DNA of 64,000 nt, from contig OX597833.1 in NCBI GenBank assembly GCA_951406725.2, positions 16,678,001-16,742,000 of the forward strand, in the 5' to 3' direction. This document shows, in pieces, positions 41,131 to 54,539 of this stretch. This stretch comes from Octopus vulgaris. Its lineage: Eukaryota. The translations under genes and the position numbers were made by a program. Within the stretch, counting starts at the first letter, position 1. Every line of letters begins with the position of its first letter. The notes under the pieces were generated by a model. That model had not been told where the DNA came from. It did no database searches and saw nothing but the letters and a program-made list of their open reading frames with translations.

Positions 41131-41656
41131 TCTCGCCAGCTTCTTTTAGCTTTTATCTTTTCATCTCAGTCATATATTTTTTTAAAACGTGGTAATTATT
41201 CTGTCGATATCTTCTGCCTAACCGTTAGGTTACGGGGACATAAACCCACCAACACCGGCTGCCAAGAACTATTGTGGACAAACACACACGCACACACACG
41301 TACACACACACATACACAAACATATGTAACAGGCTGCTTTCAACTTTCGTATCCACCCACAAGATTTTGGTCGGCCTGAGGTTATAGTAGAAACACCTGC
41401 TCAAGGGACCACGGAGTGGAACTGGACCAGGTACCATTGGTTGGGAAACAAACTTCTTATCACACAACTACACCTGCTCCTTTATATATATATAAACACA
41501 GCATAAGCCTGTGGAATTGAAATACATTTAAATATTATACAGCGTAACTGTAGGTGAACTGAGAATAATAATAATAACAATAATAAATAACCACCCCGAT
41601 ATACAATGTTTCAAACACGATTTCCCATCAAGAATCTTGCAAAACGAATTGATACA

Positions 41657-41762
<106 letters not shown>

Positions 41763-41792
41763 CACACATACACACACACACACACATACATA

Positions 41793-41830
<38 letters not shown>

Positions 41831-41842
41831 AATATATATATA

Positions 41843-42375
41843 CGAGGGCAAGTTAAAAATTATCCGCACTTTTGCCATATCATATCTTTATTATTGTCAC
41901 ACTGCCCTCTGCACATGCGTGCTTATAGTTGGTAGTATTGTGGTCACTTGATCGAAGCCTGAGCCTAATCGCGCCATTTTCCTCTCTGGCTTTACAGTGT
42001 AAGCATAGTCTCTCCACTAGCAATGTACACGAAAAAATAATAGAGAGCAGTAATCCGAGAGATGGCAATAGTGAATGGGTTCACCATTACCATCTCACGA
42101 ACTTGCTGAATCTTCTCATCAGTGGTGGACGTTGGTGGGTGTTCTGTTCCCTCTTCAAGCATCACGCTTCTCCAGTCACTTTTAAACTTCTCAACCCACT
42201 GATACACACTTCTACGCGTTAGTTCACTACCTTCGTATTGTGCTAAAACTCTCCGATGAATTCCAGCACCTGACACTTTGTTCTTCTTTGGTGTACATTG
42301 CTAGTGGAGCAGTAATGCTTTTACTGTAAAGCCAAAAAGAAAAAAAATGGCGCGATCAGGCTCAAACTTCGATCT
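41843..42375. mobile_element. mariner 5' remnants in inverted arrangement
   Basis: TA|CGAGGG TIR; minus-strand ORF 41992-42276 resembles the transposase HTH (IHRRVLAQY...SVYQWVEKFK); about 41950-42035 is inverted at 42280-42372. Confidence 0.75.
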
Positions 42376-42449
42376 AGGAGATTCGACAGGTCTCTGGTGA
42401 TAATACCATAGGCCAAACTTTAAGCATGGCAGCACCTTAGTGGAGTGTG

Positions 42450-42992
42450 AGGTACGCTGAAGCATACAACCCACAAGCCAAATCGAGGAGGCGATTGAGA
42501 ACGTTTGGTGAATAGTCATGGAAAACCGTCGTGTAACAATCCAGAAAATTTCTCACGGAGTGGGAATAAGCACAGGATCAGTGTATTCCATTTTAACGGA
42601 GGATTTGTGCATGCGGAGAGTGTCGGCGAAATTTGTCAAGAAGGTGATGGCTGAGCAGCAGAAGCAACTTCACACAGGGATCGCTCAGGTCTTGCTGGAC
42701 AGTGCAAAACTACGACCCAGGCTTCATGAAGACCATCGTCACATAGAGACCACTGCTTATGGTCTCTCTTCGATGCGCTCGGTTGTCTCGCGTCTAAACG
42801 AAAATCCGACGAGTGAGATCTACACATCAATACTCTAGGTGTAACAGACGGGAACTGACGCGGTCTACCGGTGCCAAACGTTTCCCGCATGCATTGGAAG
42901 GGTGGCACCGCCTGCCATCCAAATGATTTCGGTCACACAGCATTAGTTTTGGCAGGAAAAAATAAAGTCAGACACTTTTTGAATGCACCTTG
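42450..42992 (+). mobile_element. Deleted mariner remnant
   Basis: ENRRVTIQKISHGVGISTGSVYSILTEDLCMRRVSAKFV (WVPHEL region); ends CTTTTTGAATGCACCTTG|TA. Confidence 0.8.
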
Positions 42993-43142
42993 TACATAAA
43001 GGCATGGAATACCGAAAAATCTATAACAAGCTTCATATTCAAGGCTCTCTCTATGCAATTCCAATACAAGAGACACCCACCATGTAGCTGCAGCATAAAA
43101 AAGGCAAAAAACATTGGTGGGCAACAAATAAAGACAACAACT

Positions 43143-43618
<476 letters not shown>

Positions 43619-43947
43619 ATGTTTGTCACCCCAGCATCGCTTGACAACCGATGCTGGAGTGTTTACCTCCCCGTAACTTAGCGGTTCGGCAAAAGAGACC
43701 GATAGAATAATAAGTATTAGGCTTAGAAAGAATAAGCTCTACGGGCGATTTGCTCGACTATAAAGGCAGTGCTCCAGCATGGCCGCAGTCAAATGACTGA
43801 AACAAGTAAAAGTGTAAAAGAGTATATATATATATATATATATAAGGTAACTTTGTTGCAAATCAGTGACCAATGGTCACTTTGTTTTCTTTATATTGGT
43901 TGCTGGAGTGGTCTCTAGCAGCCTCTCTAACGAACGGGTTTTTGCGT

Positions 43948-43984
43948 CTGACGATGAGCAAACTAACTCGAAGCCGAATCGGTC
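43948..43984 (+). ncRNA. Degenerate hammerhead-like motif in a (TA)n-flanked ~300-bp element (43845-44150)
   Basis: CTGACGA-t-gag-caaactaa-ctc-GAAG-ccgaatcg-GTC; GAAA mutated, stem I poor. Confidence 0.45.
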
Positions 43985-44149
43985 TCACGATCCCATCGTC
44001 TGCTGGAGGGCGGTAGGGGTTCGCTCCCTTGCTTGCAATCCATACAGGGTGCACGCTGCATCTCTAACCAGCTGGCGGAAGATGTGCCAAGGGTTGAAAT
44101 AGTTGGAACATTGAACAGCCATGTTAATGTGGCAACTAACTTTACTATA

Positions 44150-44195
<46 letters not shown>

Positions 44196-44197
<2 letters not shown>

Positions 44198-44402
44198 CGG
44201 GAAGCTTTATGAAAATAAACAAAAGACGAAGGCAGGTGGAATACAAACAAACAATTGTATTAGTATGGCGCTCAGGAATATAAATAAAACAAGTCTTTTA
44301 CGTTTCGAGCCTACGCTCTTCAACAGAAAGATACACAGAAAAGAAACACAGAAAGAAACAAGGAGAGAAAAAAAATGCGTGCAGAAGCTAGCGAATCAAC
44401 AT
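44196..44402 (-). mobile_element. Family A hammerhead-bearing element; motif at 44294-44331
   Basis: tcttt-CTGTTGA-a-gagc-gtag-gctc-GAAAC-GTA-aaaga; (TA)n on both sides. Confidence 0.8.
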
Positions 44403-44433
44403 ATATATATATATACATGCATGTATGTATATA

Positions 44434-44590
44434 TATAAGAATTTTTTGCGTAATAAGATAAAAAAACCAAGGCTGTATAGATATTAAAGCATTTATAGAT
44501 AGAAGGTCTTATATATAGACCTATCTATAGATGCTCTAATATCTACACAGCCTTGGTTTTTTTCATCTTATTACGTGAAAAATTCTTATA
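44434..44590. repeat. Imperfect ~157-bp palindrome
   Basis: Arms match 63119-63195, the sequence 3' of a hammerhead cleavage triplet. Confidence 0.85.
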
Positions 44591-44709
44591 TACACACTCT
44601 GACATAGAACCAACGTTGAACCCTTTATTCGCAATATTACCGAATCTGGAACTTAACTATGGTCTGTCTATAGCACTTTATTCAGCATTGAGTCTCAATG
44701 ACACCAATA

Positions 44710-44759
<50 letters not shown>

Positions 44760-45216
44760 TCACACTCACGCACAGAGTGACACACACATATGTATATATA
44801 TTCGTTTGTATACGACACTTACCATTCCTCCAGACTCGCCTAGTAATATATGCGACGGCAGTTTGCACAGCTCTATGTTAATGGTGGCGCATGCTCAGAC
44901 AGACGGCGTGCATGAAAATTGCTAGGTCCGAATGCCACGCCCATTCGTAACACGTGTTTCATTCATACGCTTTTTCAACTTCATCCTCAACGTGACCATA
45001 GATAGCAAATATGTGTAGTAAATATTGATTTTCGCGCTTCTTTCTACTATTACACACTTTACTAGAAATATACAGGAGAAACAAATGCATTTATGTATAT
45101 ATTGGTCGTTTTTTTTTTGTGTTTTTGTTTCGTCTCTCTCTCGTTCTTCGCACACACATACACACAAGCATATTGTTATATCTACATCGATAAATACATG
45201 CATATAAACACGATAT

Positions 45217-45256
<40 letters not shown>

Positions 45257-45277
45257 CATACATGCATACATACATAC

Positions 45278-45310
<33 letters not shown>

Positions 45311-45438
45311 TGTGTGTATGTATGTATTCTGCATATTCATGTGCTTGCATGTCCATGCTTGTGTGTTTTCTATGTATGTGTGTGTGAGAGCGAGTGTTTG
45401 TATATATATGCACCTCTGTCTCCTTGTGTGTGCATGTC

Positions 45439-45476
<38 letters not shown>

Positions 45477-45778
45477 GCAACTATGTACCATGTTCTACCG
45501 ATGTTGAATTATAAGGCACAAAAAGAAAATGACTCTCTCCAGACACAACAGTATCTATATATTCATATATATATCCCTCTCACTCTGTCTGTCTGTATGT
45601 CTGTATGTCTCTCTCCTCTCTATATCTCTCTCTCCCTCTCTCCCTCTCTCTCTCTCTCCCTCTCTCTCTCTATATATATATCCTGTATATTTTAACATTT
45701 ACTTGTTTGAGTCACTGCATTGAAATGCGATCATGCTGGGGCATCATTTTCAAGGGGTTAGTCAAAGTGTGTGTGTAC

Positions 45779-45779
<1 letters not shown>

Positions 45780-45809
<30 letters not shown>

Positions 45810-46387
45810 TGTATGTATGTATGTATGTATGTATGTATGTATGTATGTATGTATGTATGTATGTATGTATGTTTGTATGTATGTATGTATGTTTGTATGT
45901 ATGTATGTTTGTATGTATGTATGTATGTATGTATGTATGTATGTTTGTATTTATGTATGTATGTATGTATGTATGCATGCATGTATGTATGTATGTATGT
46001 ATGTATGTATGTATGTATGTATGTATGTATGTATGTTTGTATGTATGTATGTATGTATGTTTGTATGTTTGTATGTATGTATGTATGTATGTTTGTATGT
46101 ATGTATGTATGTTTGTATGTATGTATGTTTGTATGTATGTATGTATGTATGTATGTTTGTATGTTTGTATGTATGTATGTATGTATGTATGTATGTATGT
46201 ATGTATGTTTGTATGTATGTATGTTTGTATGTATGTATGTATGTATATATGTATGTATGTAGGTATGTTTGAATGTTTGTATGTATGTGTGTGTGTATGT
46301 ATGTATGTATGTATGTATGTATGTATGTGTGTATGTTTGTATGTGCGTATGTGTGTGTGTATGTATGTATGTTTGTATGTATGTATG

Positions 46388-46428
<41 letters not shown>

Positions 46429-46430
46429 CT
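45780..46430. repeat. (TATG)n microsatellite
   Basis: Direct reading. Confidence 0.95.
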
Positions 46431-46470
46431 CTATATATACACACATATATATATATATATATATACATAC

Positions 46471-46514
<44 letters not shown>

Positions 46515-46908
46515 CTGTGTCTGTGTGTGCGTGCATGTATTTATATATGTATGTGTGTGTGAGTCTATGCAGATAGGCAGGTATATTTTCATAGTGCATG
46601 CGCACACATACATACAAATACGCACTCGTGCACGCGCGTGCACTCACACGCACAGACAAACATGTACACACACACACACGCATATATGACATATATTTCT
46701 GTCACTCTGTCTGCACTCTTCGTCTTGGAAGCATCAGTTTACAACGGCGCAGTTAACAGTCAATGAATGAAATCAAAATCGAAATTCAAAGCCAAACCAA
46801 CTACGCAGTAGACTGGATTTTTATATTCCGATAATGGATTAACAGAAGAATTATTTAAAGCGGAAGACATACGACACTTGATACATTTTATAATTTAATA
46901 AACAAATG

Positions 46909-47346
46909 GGATCTTTTCGGTTTGAACGGCAGTTTTTAAAAATAATTTCCACGTAACTAAAAAATTTTAAACTTCGTATACTGGTAGAATGTGTTTATAA
47001 AACATCTTTTTCTCTTGGCTTTCTTGAGAAAATTCTGTAGTTTGTAAGATATTTGTTGTTTTTCTTCTTCAATTTCTGCAATTTCAAACAATCAATGACG
47101 TCTATTGCGGTGAAAACATTCTGTGCCGTATGAATATGTCCCTCGTTTAAGAAACAGATTGGGTTTATTTACATTTCTGAAGAAAAAAAGATACCCTCCC
47201 CCACCCCTAACCCCAACCCTAAACCTAACTAACCCTATCCCTAAAACAGATTGAAATGCAACAGATCGATACTAGGGTCATAATTATAGGTGACAATTTC
47301 ATATGACACCGCTAGAAAAAAACTGCCGTTCAAACCGAAAAGGTCC
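46909..47346 (+). mobile_element. MITE with ~29-bp TIRs and 8-bp TSD (Merlin- or MULE-like)
   Basis: GGATCTTTTCGGTTTGAACGGCAGTTTTT / AAAAACTGCCGTTCAAACCGAAAAGGTCC; TSD aacaaatg at 46901-46908 and 47347-47354. Confidence 0.9.
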
Positions 47347-47394
47347 AACAAATGAAACAAATACGTTTTTGTAAAGAATACTTTTATTAAATAA

Positions 47395-47988
47395 TTCTTT
47401 CTATTAAACGCACAAGGCCTGAAATTTGTTGGGAGGGGGCTAGTTGATTACATCAACATATGTGTGTAACTGGTACTTAATTTATCGACCCGAAAGGATG
47501 AAAGGCAAAGTCGACCGCGGCGGAATTTGAACTCAGAACATAGCGACAGGCGAAATAAAGATAAACATTTCGTCCAGCGTGCTAACGATTCTTATTTCTT
47601 TATTGCCCACAAGGGGCTAAACATAGAGGGAACAGACAAGGACAGACAAAGGGATTAAGTCGATTACATCGACCCCAGTGCGTAACTGGTACTTAATTTA
47701 TCGACCCCGAAAAGATGAAAGGCGAAGTCGACCTCAGAATGTAACGGCAGACAAAATACCTATTTCTTTACTACCCACAAGGAGCTAAACACAGAGAGGA
47801 CAAACAATGACAGACACACGGATTAAGCCGATTATATCGACCCAGATGCGTAACTGGTACTTATTTAATCGACCGCGAAAGGATGAAAAGCAAAATTGAC
47901 CTCGGCGGAATTTGAATTCAGAACGTAGCGGCAGACGAAATACCGCTAAGCATTTCGCCCGCTGTGCTAACGTTTCTGCCAGCGCGCC
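47395..47988 (-). mobile_element. Meta-like SINE trimer
   Basis: Same junction types as 21728-22698. Confidence 0.85.
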
Positions 47989-47993
47989 GCTGG

Positions 47994-48893
47994 CAGGGGC
48001 CGTCAGCTCCGAGTGACACTTTTAAAGGGGCGGCACTTTTGGGTCTGCTGTAGGCAACATGTGGTTTTTTGTGGGGTACGGGGAGAGGGAGATTTTCTTC
48101 TCAGGAGAGTTCCGGACCCCAGTTATGAACTCATTTGCAAACAGCCACTCAAAGCTCAACTATCAAACTAATTTATGAGCGCATAACAAGTGATGAGCGA
48201 TAAGATAAGGTCCCTTGGGTAAGGAATGACTATGTTTCTTTTCTCTTTTAAGAATGCTTGTTGTTCTTCTTGTTTCAACCATGGCTGCCTCTGGGTTGTT
48301 ATTGTTCATTTTGTAAAACAATGATAGGAGAGGGTTGCTAACACATCACCCTCTACATATATTTTTCCCATCCACATCTTTATCATATGGGGCCCTAACA
48401 AAATCCGATAATAGGTATAGATGCAAATCTATCTAATTACTTGTCTCCTTCTAAAATCAGGCACAACTTGGCGATCGGTCGATTTACAACACCGTTCTTC
48501 GTCTTGAGTTTACTTGGTAGAGTGTGTTTGTTAACTTGACAACAAGGTCAAGGTGAGCTCTGATTGGCTGTATGCAAATGAGTTCATTACTGGGGTCCGG
48601 AACTCTCGTGGTAAAAAAATTTTCGCATTCGGGGGCTCACACTCTAGCTCCGCTAGTGTTTCATTCATATAACAGCATAACATGGCGTTCGGTCGACTTA
48701 CAACACCGTTCTTTCTCTTGAGTTTACTTGGTAAAGTGTTTGTTAACCTGACATGGTCAAGGTGAGAACTGATTGGCTGTACACAAATGAGTTCATTACT
48801 GGGGTCCGGAACTCTCGTGGGAAAAAAATTCGCGTCCGGGGGCGGCAAACGGAACGGCCGCTCCGGGCGGCTCACACACTAGCTACGCTAGTG
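47994..48893. mobile_element. hAT-like non-autonomous element with duplicated right end
   Basis: Starts CAGGGGCCGTC, ends CTAGCTACGCTAGTG; 48466-48670 repeated at 48679-48906; internal inverted motif; no TSD confirmed. Confidence 0.55.
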
Positions 48894-49218
48894 TTTCATT
48901 CATATATATATTTACACATATTTACATGTATTACTACGTCTGTTACAAGCATCGTCATTATTTTAGTATGAGCTCACTCCTGGGGCACTTCACTTTCAGT
49001 CACAGGGATGGAACAGTATTTTTCCTGCTCCACTCCTCTGTTACTCACCTCAACCATTCACCATACGCCTCGTTATCTCCTTTCTATTTTCTTTTCTCAA
49101 TTACTTCTTACTTCCATTCATACAACATATATGCTCAAACAGGCAGATGCACATTTATAGCTGTGACAATCATTGTAGAGAATTCTGCGCGTCTGGGGGA
49201 TTTCCGTGAACAAATATG

Positions 49219-49256
<38 letters not shown>

Positions 49257-49257
49257 C

Positions 49258-49304
<47 letters not shown>

Positions 49305-49327
49305 CATACATATATATATATATGTAC

Positions 49328-49358
<31 letters not shown>

Positions 49359-49390
49359 CATACATACATATATATACGTACATACATAAT

Positions 49391-49483
<93 letters not shown>

Positions 49484-50043
49484 GATATATATATAGAAAC
49501 GTGTAGGCAAGCCTGTTGAATTATTTTTAGCAATGAAAAGAGATATCTAATCTATGAGTGGGTAGCATAAAAAAACATTTGTGTCGTTCATGCTTTTGGA
49601 GGCGTAAAAGTAGCGACGAGATGTCAGAGTGGCTTGCGTCACAAAAAAAAATATAAAAATACAATAAGCACAAAGTAAAATAAAACTCCAAAAATTTATG
49701 ATTGTGTCTGCAGAGGTTATGATTTGTCTGTAGTTCACATTTACGGCTGCATTAACTGGTTATTCTTGAAAAAAATGATATTATGAAAATAATGACATTT
49801 ATTCAGTTGATTGTGACTAAATGGAAGTTAAATATGGCTTCCTCTTGCAAAAACACTTAACGAGATTCAAGAAGGTCTCCTTTCACGAAAATATTTGAAA
49901 TGATTTTTATTTTTACTTTTTGCTTTTTCAAATCGCGCTTGTTTCAGTCTTTGGATTGTGTCCATGCTGGGGCACCGTCTTTTAGAGATTAGTCGATTAA
50001 ATCACCTCACTACTTACTCTCAATTTGGTACTTACGTGTATAT

Positions 50044-50121
<78 letters not shown>

Positions 50122-50182
50122 ATCTATCTATATATATATCTATCTATATCTATCTATCTATCTATATATATATATATATATA

Positions 50183-50225
<43 letters not shown>

Positions 50226-50301
50226 ATCTATATATATATATATACATATGCAGGTATATATACATATAAATGTACACATATATATATATATATATATATA
50301 T

Positions 50302-50354
<53 letters not shown>

Positions 50355-50390
50355 ATATATCAAAATAAGCAACAAGGATATCCAGAAGTA

Positions 50391-50479
50391 ATGCCGTACG
50401 ATCGTTTCATGCAACTCCATTTAATTGAAAAATGCAGTCATTGCATCAATTTAAAATGCAGTGCAATCTTCAGCTGCAT
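50391..50479 (-). ncRNA. Type I hammerhead-like motif, canonical core, long stem II
   Basis: atgcag-CTGAAGA-ttgca...tgcat-GAAAC-gatc-GTA-cggcat; palindromic stem III. Confidence 0.75.
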
Positions 50480-50793
50480 AAAGACATAGAATTTAATTAG
50501 ATTAAACACATTAGTATAATTATACCTAAAATCTCCAAGAACTTAAGGAGATAGACAAAGAACATGCTGTCTCACTCCAGTTTAGAAGTTACTTCTAAAC
50601 TGGGGAAGGTGGTAATAGCGTCTTTTGGCGTCTATTTTACCAGCGCATGGCGAGGCTTATAGCCAAGCCTTTGTTATAATTATGTATATAATTATCAAAA
50701 TATTTGTAAAATTTACCTATAACTCCCACTATTTCCGCGCTGACGCTTTGTGTTTTTTTTAGCCTTCATTATATATATATATATATGTATATA

Positions 50794-51146
50794 TTATGGC
50801 TGCACCCTCGTTATCGAGTATGGCCATTGCACGAAGCTTAACTATTACTGGTGCTGTGATCGAATGTGACTTTCTAGCCCAGCCAAAGATCTACTATGTC
50901 TTGTACAGAATTGGCAACTAAAACTTTTACCGGTAATAGCCGGCTGTAGTAGTAAATGGGCTTCATGTACCTTTGCATGTCGTTTAAGTCCTCTCACCGA
51001 ATTACACTCTTCTTCCACATGACTGACAGATATGATTAGTATGGTGTATAACACCACCACCAGTGGCCAGGTTGTCACTCATCTGTCTCGCTTTATGACT
51101 ACGAAGATGACTCTTGAGTCCAGCTTTACTGAGGCAGGGTCTTGCA
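50794..51146 (-). pseudogene. 3' end of an RTE-like LINE with C2H2 fingers
   Basis: [37 protein letters not shown] (frameshift), CQFCTRHSRSLAGLESHIRS; short 3' UTR with CTCG-ATAA-CGAG hairpin; (TA)n on both sides. Confidence 0.7.
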
Positions 51147-51177
51147 TATATATACATACATACATATACATATATAC

Positions 51178-51250
<73 letters not shown>

Positions 51251-51253
51251 TAT

Positions 51254-51300
<47 letters not shown>

Positions 51301-51636
51301 TATTGTTAAGTTTGAAAATGATGAGGTCCAATGGATACAAATTAATTTATTAATTAATATACATACTCAAACTTTTTCTCTGTATGTCGAAGTCTTATTT
51401 CTGCCAGAATCAACTGTTCTGAGGTTGCATATTGTCGAAAGATCATATCTCCTCGGCTGTCCCACCCTACTGCAGTCAGAAAGCAAAAACAAAAACATAA
51501 GAAAGCAATGGCACGTCGATTCTTAAAAATTCCTGAAACGTGAAATGTGATATTATCTTCTTTTCCACTCTTCCCGTCTGCGATGACTCACGATTGCCAT
51601 TAGACATCTGTTCACTTGTTCTCGATGGGTATAAGG

Positions 51637-51675
<39 letters not shown>

Positions 51676-51755
51676 CATGTAACGTGTATGGTATTTAATA
51701 CACCTTCATTCATATTTGTCATGCGAAATGAAGGCGCTGGCAATTATGAGTTGCT

Positions 51756-51798
<43 letters not shown>

Positions 51799-51802
<4 letters not shown>

Positions 51803-52186
51803 TGGCGGTGTGGTAAGTAGCTTGCTTACCAACCACATGGTTCCGGGTTCAGTCCCACTGCGTGGCACCTTCGGCAAGTGTCTTCTGCTATAGCCTCGGG
51901 CCGACCAAAGCCTTGTGAGTGGATTTGGTAGACGGAAACTGAAAGAAGCCCGTCGTATGTATATTTGTGTGTGTGTCTGTGTTTGTCCTCCCAACATCGC
52001 TTGACAACCGATGCTGGTGTGTTCATGTCCCCATAACTTAGCGGTTCGGTAAAATACACCGATATAAAAAGTACTAAGCTTACAAAGAATAAGTCCTGGG
52101 GTCGATTTGCTCGACTAAAGGCGGTGCTCCAGCGTGGCCGCAGTTAAATGACTGAAACAAGTAAAAGAGTAAAAGAGTAAAGAGTA
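51799..52186 (+). mobile_element. Near-consensus CORE-like SINE
   Basis: Complete head, internal (TG), 3' module, (GTAAAAGA)n tail. Confidence 0.9.
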
Positions 52187-52374
52187 TATATATAACTCCA
52201 AGAAAGTTAGAGGTTGTGAATTATCCTACTAAGGGATAATATCTATCCAGTATACTGCTGGTGGTATACCCAATTATTAATAAACAAGTGTTTTGTTTTT
52301 TTTTGCATTGAAATTACATTACCTAGTGTATTAAATGGGTGAAGATAAAGAGATATTTTACCATTAATTTATAG

Positions 52375-52715
52375 AGCAATAAGAAAATGGAGGAGAACAA
52401 TATATGGTTCATCAACTTTTAGACATTATATTATGTAAACTTATATATTTACTAAACTGATAATTACGATAATATACATATAACATATTATTCTTTACAT
52501 ATAAAATATAAGATATAAAATATAGTAATATATAAGGATACCAGTAATTATTATATCCTCATAAATTACTATATTACTATATTTTATATCTTATATGTAA
52601 AGAATAATATGTTATATGTATGTATATTATTGTAATTATCAGTTTAGTAAATAAATAAGTTTACATAATATAATGTCTAAAAGTTGATGAAGCTCTCCTC
52701 CATTTTCTTATTGCT
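52375..52715. repeat. Long AT-rich inverted repeat (~165-bp arms)
   Basis: AGCAATAAGAAAATGGAGGAGA...TCTCCTCCATTTTCTTATTGCT with near-continuous complementarity. Confidence 0.9.
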
Positions 52716-53375
52716 AACTTTTAAAGTAGTTTCAGCTTGAAAGCTGCGGTCATGCTGGGGCAGTACCATACATACATACACATATGTATGTATGTATATA
52801 TGTGTACCTTTCCTTTTGTCTGATTTTTTTCTAATCCTTCAATCCCGCTGACCCCTACCCTCTCTCTTCCTTCCACGTGACCGTTGTCCAGCCATGATCT
52901 TTATTTCTTGGGCTGACCTCTTATGTCCAACACCTCTCATGTCCATCTATGTTCCTGCCTTTATGCTTTCACTTCATACACGCCAGCTCAATTTGATTCG
53001 TTCTCAGTCGAAAGACACCTATTGTTATATATTGTTGTTTGTATTTGTAATTGTGTATCAGGTTCCCCGTTTTTTGTCTTTGTTGCCGTACACATTCGCT
53101 AGCTTTCTTACAAAAAGGTCTAATGATCTTTGCTTTGACATTTTTTTAGAGGGCAACCAGATTGAACTGTCTCAAGTGTAACTGCCCGAAACAGTAAGGA
53201 CTTTAGTTACTTGACTGAGGAAAGAAGGCTACGAATGATCCGTCTTTTTTTGCCTGACCTTCTAATTGTTGTTTCTTCTGTACGCCTTTGTATTGTCTCT
53301 CTGTTTGATTATTTTATTGTCATCTACCACGTTTTTGTTCCATTATATATATATATTGATATATATATATATATA

Positions 53376-53770
53376 CTAGCAGTATCGCCCGGCGTTGCTC
53401 GGGTTTGTAAGGGAAATAATTATATAAGCATTTTTAGAGATGTAAAGTATAATAGCCATCTCAATATGGCTAACCACAAAGGGGGAGGGGTGTTACTGTA
53501 GCTTTTTACGTTCTGAGATTTAATAATAAATTTTAGAGAGTTACTTCCCTTATATATGTCAAAAATGGATTAAAAATGGGAAAAATTGATGGTAAATTTT
53601 TTTTTAAATCGTAGACTCATCGTAGACGCGCGCTAATACCCAGACGGTCTCGATATGAATCACGACTATAAGATACCCGGTTTTGGTTAAACTGCACCGC
53701 AAAATGTGGGAGTAGTTAGGAATCTAAATCGTAGGAGACAGACACACAACCTTACTTTTATATATAAAGA
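53376..53770 (-). mobile_element. Non-autonomous Helitron (family of 11235-11627)
   Basis: Minus-strand TC...CTAG termini in an A|T target. Confidence 0.85.
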
Positions 53771-53930
53771 TTTCCTCTATTTACATAATATTGAGGTCTC
53801 TTTCTTTCTTTTGTTATCTTACTGTTTTTACCAATATACATATATATATATATAAATATATATATAGTTACAGAGATGTACTTGCATAGCAAGTGACTTG
53901 ATCTGAGATCGTGTGCTGGAACGAAAACAG

Positions 53931-54189
53931 TTGCAGCGTTGAAGGTGTTTATAAGCCATTTAAGAAACACACAAAAACCGTTAGATTCACTTCAACATTT
54001 AAATTTAATTTGTCAAAATATTTTCGTCGCTTTGAGACCGCGACCTGTTAGCACGATATTTTTGTCAGTGAACAGGTCGCGGTCTCAAAGCGACGAAAAT
54101 ATTTTGGCAAATTAAATTTAAATGTTGAAGTGAATGTAACGGTTTTTGTGTGTTTCTTAAATGGCTTACAAACACCTTCCACGCTGCAA
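53931..54189. repeat. Inverted repeat (~120-bp arms) containing a variant hammerhead-like motif at 54061-54111 (+)
   Basis: tttgtca-GTGAACA-g-gtcgc-ggtctcaaa-gcgac-GAAAA-ta-TTT-tggcaaa. Confidence 0.8.
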
Positions 54190-54539
54190 TATATATATAC
54201 ACACATATATATATATATGTATGTATGTATGTATGTGTGTATATGTGTATGCATGTATGTGTGTGTGCGTGCGTGTCTGTGCTTGTGATTGTCCTCCACC
54301 ACTGCTTGACAACGAATGTTGGTTTGTTTACATCCCTGTCACGTAGTGGTTTGACAAAGGAAACAGATAGAATAAGTACAATGCTTACAAAAATAAAACT
54401 GGAGTTGATTCATTAAACTACAATTCTTCAAGGCATTGCCCCAGCATGGCCACAGACCAATGGCTGGAAAAAGCAGAAGAATAAAAGAATACATTCTCTG
54501 CTTTGGTCTTATGTTCAAGGCATGAGAAAGCTTGAGTTT

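Noticed and set aside
47194-47245. Interstitial telomere or chromosome fusion scar
   Set aside because: Short, degenerate and inside a TSD-bounded MITE
53140-53235. gggca...tgccc-GAAAC-a-GTA-agga half motif, with similar bits at 9240-9270 and 17690-17740
   Set aside because: The CUGANGA core is missing or misplaced; probably decayed relatives, so not counted
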